From assembly GCF_009914755.1 (NCBI RefSeq), contig NC_060947.1: a DNA stretch of 64,000 bases, one strand, 5' to 3'. Positions 57,618 to 64,000 of this stretch are shown in pieces. This DNA is from the human T2T-CHM13v2.0 reference genome, Homo sapiens. The notes under the pieces were generated by a model. It worked only from the letters and a program-made list of their open reading frames with translations, did no database searches and had not been told where the DNA came from. The number at the start of each line of letters is the position of its first letter. The first letter of the stretch is position 1. Position numbers and translations under genes: made by a program.

Positions 57618-57943
57618 TTTTTTTTTTTTTTTTTTTTTTTTTTTGAGAAAGGGTCTCACTTCCGTTGCCCAGGCTGGAGTGCAGTGGTGATCGCGGCTCA
57701 CTGCAGCCTCGACTTCCCAGGCTCAGATGATTCTCCCACCTCAGTCTCCTGAGTAGCTGGGACTACAGGCGTGCACCACCACACTCAGCTAGTTTTTTCG
57801 TTTGTTTGTTTTGTTTTGTTTTTGTAGAGACAGAGTTTTGCTGTGTTGCCCAGGCAGGTCTCAAACTCCTGGGCTCAAGCGATCCGCCTGCCTCGGCCTC
57901 CCAAATTGCTGGGATGATAGGTGTGTGCCACTGTGCCCGGCCC
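57618..57943 (-). mobile_element. AluJ with long T tract
   Basis: Full dimer reverse complement. Confidence 0.93.
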
Positions 57944-58496
57944 AAGCCATTTTTTCAGTCCATTCTTTTTGCTCCTCCTAGTAACCCTTCGTAGCAACCA
58001 GCCTTCCATTGTTCAGTCACCAGAAGTTAATGATAGAAAACCAGAGATTTCTAGCTGTGCAAGATGTAGAGAGAAACCTAAACTCTATACATTTGCTATT
58101 GGCACTGTGTTGCCATAGTCACTGCAGCACTCAGCATCACCAAAAGCCTGCCCAGTGCTGCAACATTCTTTAGATAGATTTTTGTTGTTTTATTTTGTCT
58201 CCTTAAATAATATTTAATTTTTCATTAGGTCATGCTATGATTTCATAGCTTATTTTGTCTCTAATATTTTCTTCTGCATGCTGTCTTTTGAGAGACCTCT
58301 CCAGAGTTCAAGCACAAATCCTAGGACAGACTTGTATTTTGACTGTCAAATTTTCATTGCAGTATGTGCAAAAGTACAGAAATGTCATCAAATTAAGCAA
58401 AGAAGATAAGAATTTTTGAATGGCAATGTTCTGGCAACTATAAAATAAAGTCTATTAAGAGTGCAAAGTGAGAGGTGGAATGTCGCCAGGGCAGCT

Positions 58497-58960
58497 GCAT
58501 TCATTATCTCTTGCTGGATAACAGACGACCACACGTTTAGCAGCTTGAAACAACACACATTCATTCTCTCACCGTGGCTGCGGGTCACGGGTCCAGGCAC
58601 AGCACAGCTGGGGCCAGTGCTCAGCGTCCCACAAGGCTTGGTCCGGGTGTCAGCCAGGCTGCGCTCTCCTTTAAGCTCAGGGGTTTTCTTCCAAGCACAG
58701 GTTGTTGGTAGAATTCAGTTCCTGTGGCTGCAGGACTGAGACCCTCAGCTCCCTGCAGGCTGCCTGCCATTGCCTGGACAGATCATGCAATGTGGTGTTA
58801 ATAATCACAGGAGAGAAATGTGGTCAACCTTGCCATGTAATGTAACCTAACCTAGGGAGTGGTGCCCCATCTCCTTGACGCATTCTGGAAGCAAGTGACA
58901 GATCTTGCCCATACTCAAGGGTCGGGAGTATACCAGGGCAGGACTTTGTGGGGGTAAGGT
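58497..58960 (-). mobile_element. MLT1E-like LTR
   Basis: cagcttgaaacaacacacatt...gttgttggtagaattcagttcctgtggctgcaggactgag...aagcaagtgacag. Confidence 0.75.
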
Positions 58961-59157
58961 ATGTCCCTGGCAGTAACCATTACTTTGAATCCTCCCATTA
59001 AATGTAAAATATCTTCCAACTTGAACATATACTTTGTACTTTTCTCCCCCTAAACAAACAAAAACTCAATCCTCATTCAACAATGAAAGTTTTGCTGCCT
59101 GTAAAGATACTTGCAAATGTGTGATATAGACACCAAAGACAGTTCCCAAACAGCCTA

Positions 59158-60287
<1,130 letters not shown>

Positions 60288-60812
60288 GTACTGCGGTTCC
60301 TCATGTGGCCAGGACCGTGTGGTCACTCTTTGGGGGTGTTGACATGGCCGCGGGTGTACTCGGTCACCTCTCCATGTGTCCAGAAAAGTGCTCAGTGTTG
60401 AATCCCTCCACGTCTGCCTGAGTGCACTTTGGGATTCCATTCCTGCCGCTTATGGGGCGCGCTGCGGATCCCTGCATGCACAGAGCTTTATTGAACGCAA
60501 AGTCAGTTGTTTGTTGTCGTGCTCTGTTGCCCCTGCTTCTGGCTTCATTCATGTGGTTTTTGCTCAATTCTTCCCCGGCCTTAGGAAATAGGCCAACTCT
60601 TGTTTTTTTGGAAAACATTTCACCTGGGCATATTTTTCTATCTATAATTACGGAATTTTTATGTAATCACATAATTATAAAATATAACACAATCAGATAT
60701 TAATTACCTTCATGTGTATAATAGCATGGATATTATTTTCTTTAGTCATCTCAAAAAAAAAAAAGAGAAAAATACAAGCAGTGTTTCAAAACTCTCTTCT
60801 CTTTTTGAACAG

Positions 60813-60920
60813 AGGGTGGTTCCCACTTCATCAACACCTCATCGCCGCGAGGTGAGGCTAAGATGAGCATAACCAGTGACGAGGTGAACTTTCTGGTGTA
60901 TCGGTATCTCCAGGAGTCAG
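60813..60920 (+). CDS. TBL1X: TBL1X coding exon (108 nt) with second start Met52 (60863) and start of LisH domain
   Basis: Acceptor ctctcttctctttttgaacag|AG, donor CAG|gtaaga; encodes (E)GGSHFINTSSPRGEAKMSITSDEVNFLVYRYLQES(G), the conserved TBL1-family LisH start. Confidence 0.97.
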
Positions 60921-61756
60921 GTAAGAGGCTTGGTTTTCTGTCGGTAGGAAATTCATCTACAGCATCTTACAAGCAGAAGGATCAACGCTTAATTCAAAAC
61001 CAGGCTGTAGAAGAAGAAGAAGAAGAAGAGCTAAGAAGGTTCTTAGTGCTGATGGGGAGAAGAGAAGGTTCTGGAGCTGTGCCATCCCCGGGTGGAAAGA
61101 GGGAATGTGTTCTTTCTTCCCTTGACACTTCTGTGCAGATGAATCAGGCAGGAATCAAGAGCGGTTGTGGTGAATGTGGAAAGGACGGAAGCAGTGCGGG
61201 GCTCTTGGCCTCCACCTCGGCGAGGGCATGCATGAGCTGGTGTGTGTGTTTGAACCTCTTCGATTTTGCTCCAGAGATTTATTCAGCTCCCCAGCCTCCC
61301 CTACTCCCCGCCCCCTAAATGGGCTGCTAGGCAATTTTCTAAAACTTAGGAATCGTCGTAGCATCTTCCAACATTTTTGATTACCACTGAGACATTACTT
61401 TATGGTTAGTAAGTAAACAGCCAATCACATGTGTTCGTTGTTGACAAGACAGACTTTGAGCTGAGCAGCTGCCCTCCTCCGCCAGCAGGGAAGTAGTGGG
61501 AAGAAGCCACGGAGCCCAGGGCTTGGGTTCTAACTTAGAAGATATGTAATTTAAGACCTACAAAATGATATTGGTGAAAAACGTCCTGATACCCACCTAC
61601 CTGTTCAACTTAAACAAACCTCTCAGGTGCATTGGAAACCCCGCCCATGTTTGCCTCCCCGCCTTCCTCGATGATGATGACCCTGGTGGACTTGCTGTTT
61701 GTTATCTCCACGTGTTTATTACACACAGCCGTTTTCCTAAGCGACATACGGTGCAG

Positions 61757-62198
61757 GTGGATTCGTTTCCTAGGGCTGCTATAATGACGTACCGCAAACT
61801 GGGGTGGCTTAAAAAGAAATATGTTGTCTCCTAGTTCCTGAGGACAGAAGTCCAAGATGAAGGTGTAGGCGGGTCGGTTCCTTCTGAGGGGAAGTCTCTC
61901 CTGTGCCCCTGCCTGGCTCCTGGGGCCTTGCTGCAGTCTTTGAACTCCTTGGCTCGTAGGCACATCACCCTCATCTCTGTGTTCAGATTTGTCCACATTT
62001 CCCCACGGTAAAGACAGATTGGATTCGGAATTTACCCTCCTCCAAGACAATCTCATTTTAACTATTGTTTTTGAATACAGCAATAATTACATCTGCAGTG
62101 ACCCTGTTTCTAAATAGTGTCACATTCTGAGGTGCGCTGTTGGTGAACACTGCAACCTGTGAATTTGTGGAGGAGGGGGCACACTTCAACTCATAACA
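61757..62198 (-). mobile_element. MLT1C-like LTR
   Basis: tttcctagggctgctataa...cagaagtccaagatgaaggtgt...attacatctgcagtgaccctgtttctaaatagtgtcacattctgagg. Confidence 0.8.
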
Positions 62199-64000
62199 GT
62201 CGGTTTGGGATTTCAAGTTGGGTTTTAAGCTTCGTGCCCTTGATATCAGATTGTATATATTCTGGAACTTGATTATTTGAAAAGGAAACCCCAGTTCCTA
62301 GGCCCCGTCCTCCCAGAGATGCATGTATTCGATTGGAGGGAAAACCAGTCTACGATCCTCTAGGCTTGAGTTCTCTCACAGCTGGCCTGGTAGGGTAGAA
62401 TGTACGCATTGGAGCCACACAGAATGGCTCGAGCTCTGATCCTCGAACAAGTCTGAGTGAGGCCTGTTCATTTGAGCCTGGGTTTCCTTGCCCAGGCAAA
62501 TGTGCTCAAATACGTCAGGCACGTAGCACATTGTAAGTGCGTGCCTTCCCCATCCAAGCCTGGGTCTCTGTCCCTTGCGCTCCCAGCTAGTGTTATTCAT
62601 GGAAAGTACACATTCTTTTCTGCATATATATTAGATGCCTGTGATTGGCTGTTGCCAGAACATAGTATAGGAAGTTGGTATACAAAACAAAATATGTACT
62701 GCCTCACTCTGGAAATCAGGGAAATGATAACCGCTCTGCTAATACCTCAACCTCGGCTCTTAGAGGAGCACAGGTGATCTCCTGCCTCAGAGCCCATAGC
62801 TTTCCAGAGGTGCCTGCAAATGGAAATCCATGTACCAAACCCTGCTTCCCTGTCGACTTGTGGCATGGAATTTGAGATTCTTTCCATTTAGCAACACCTC
62901 TGCACAAGGACACGATGAAGGCCAAAGAGACTCACAGCTCTTGTGTAAACAAGTCCCAGGCTGGAACTGTCCGGTGTGAAGGACCACGTGCTCCGGTAAC
63001 CTGGAGACAGAGCCATGCTGCTGGCTGGTCCCCAGGGGGCCACGGAGCATGAGCTTTGCTGGCTTCTTGAAATAAACACAGAAACCCCCATCCCTCCCCA
63101 GAAAGGTCGGCTTCCTTATTCAGTGTTTGTTTATGAAGCTTCTGTAACCAGGCAGCTGAGAGGGAGAGTTGGAGCACAACAATGCATAGACCTTGGCAAA
63201 TGTCAACTTTGTGTAACATCTGTGAGCTCCATTCCTGATTCATCAGTGTCACTGAAGTATAATAACACTTCTTAGGCAGAGTTGATATTGAAGAGAGAGA
63301 CTATTACACCTTCTTCAGCTCACTGTGTGTATTGTGGAACTTTTTAGAGCACCCTACAAGGTTGTATTCAAAGGAAGGAGGGAGCAAAGAAATACTTAAT
63401 GTTGAAATGTTCATTCTGGGGTTATTTTCTATGTTCGTCTCAAGTCCTAAAGTTTTGGTTAGGTCAATAGTCATTGAGCCCCCATCAAGAAAGCACACCT
63501 TCTCAGCCTATCACTGTCTCCCTTCTACCTTAAATAAAAAGGAAAACATTTCCCTGATCATGCTTCCTCCTCAAGCACCTGTACTCTTACTCCTGCACCC
63601 CACCAAACTCATTAAAAACAGGTTCTGCATCTCAGAAGATGATTCATTCCTCAGCTCCCTCCACTCTGGCTTTCTCCACTAGAAGTTGTCAGTAAATTCT
63701 GGGTTCCCAGATCCACTGATCTTACTGCAACTGGCATTCCTCCTTCCCTGGTCATCCCTCCTTACCTGTGTGTGGCAGGAAGCGGGTGGGGGTGGGCAGT
63801 GAGGCAGGGAGTAGGTGTTTCCCTGCAGTGCGGCAGGACAGCTGCTTCCCTGGAAGGTCTGCTGGAACACTCAACCCCACCTTCCAGGTACAGTGACGGA
63901 CAAGTTTTCCAGAGTCACCAAGCATGTGGCCTGAGCCCTGCTTCTCTGCCCTGGACCCAGCAGACCAGGTTGCCGCTCCTGTCCATCCATTCATCTCCTT

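Noticed and set aside
60863-61318. 151-aa ORF beginning MSITSDEVNF with a poly-Glu run
   Set aside because: Only the first 19-20 codons are exonic; the rest is read-through past the CAG|gtaaga donor into intron containing a (GAA)n repeat.

Overview
Primate (most likely human) genomic DNA from inside the TBL1X gene (transducin beta-like 1 X-linked, NCoR/SMRT-HDAC3 corepressor subunit), transcribed on the + strand. About 99% of the window is intronic. Three exons are supported by splice signals and recognised protein sequence: an 88-nt 5'UTR exon (46879-46966), the first coding exon (60143-60287, ATG at 60185, [10 protein letters not shown]...) and the next coding exon (60813-60920, ...KMSITSDEVNFLVYRYLQES, start of the LisH domain). 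The rest is rich in repeats: about 21 Alu and 2 FLAM elements, MLT1 MaLR LTRs, L1/L2/MIR relics and DNA transposons (MER20, MER33, MER58, MER2). Almost all ORFs in the supplied track are repeat-derived or chance. I found no convincing new multi-gene system. The best leads are: a uORF/start-stop arrangement that may choose between the long and short TBL1X proteins; a duplicated splice-site plus (GT)n module resembling a TDP-43-repressed cryptic exon; a TSD-flanked, polyadenylated insertion resembling an L1 3' transduction; candidate unannotated 5'UTR exons; and a dense MER20 cluster. Repeat subfamily calls come from recalled consensus sequences, and repeat boundaries are approximate.
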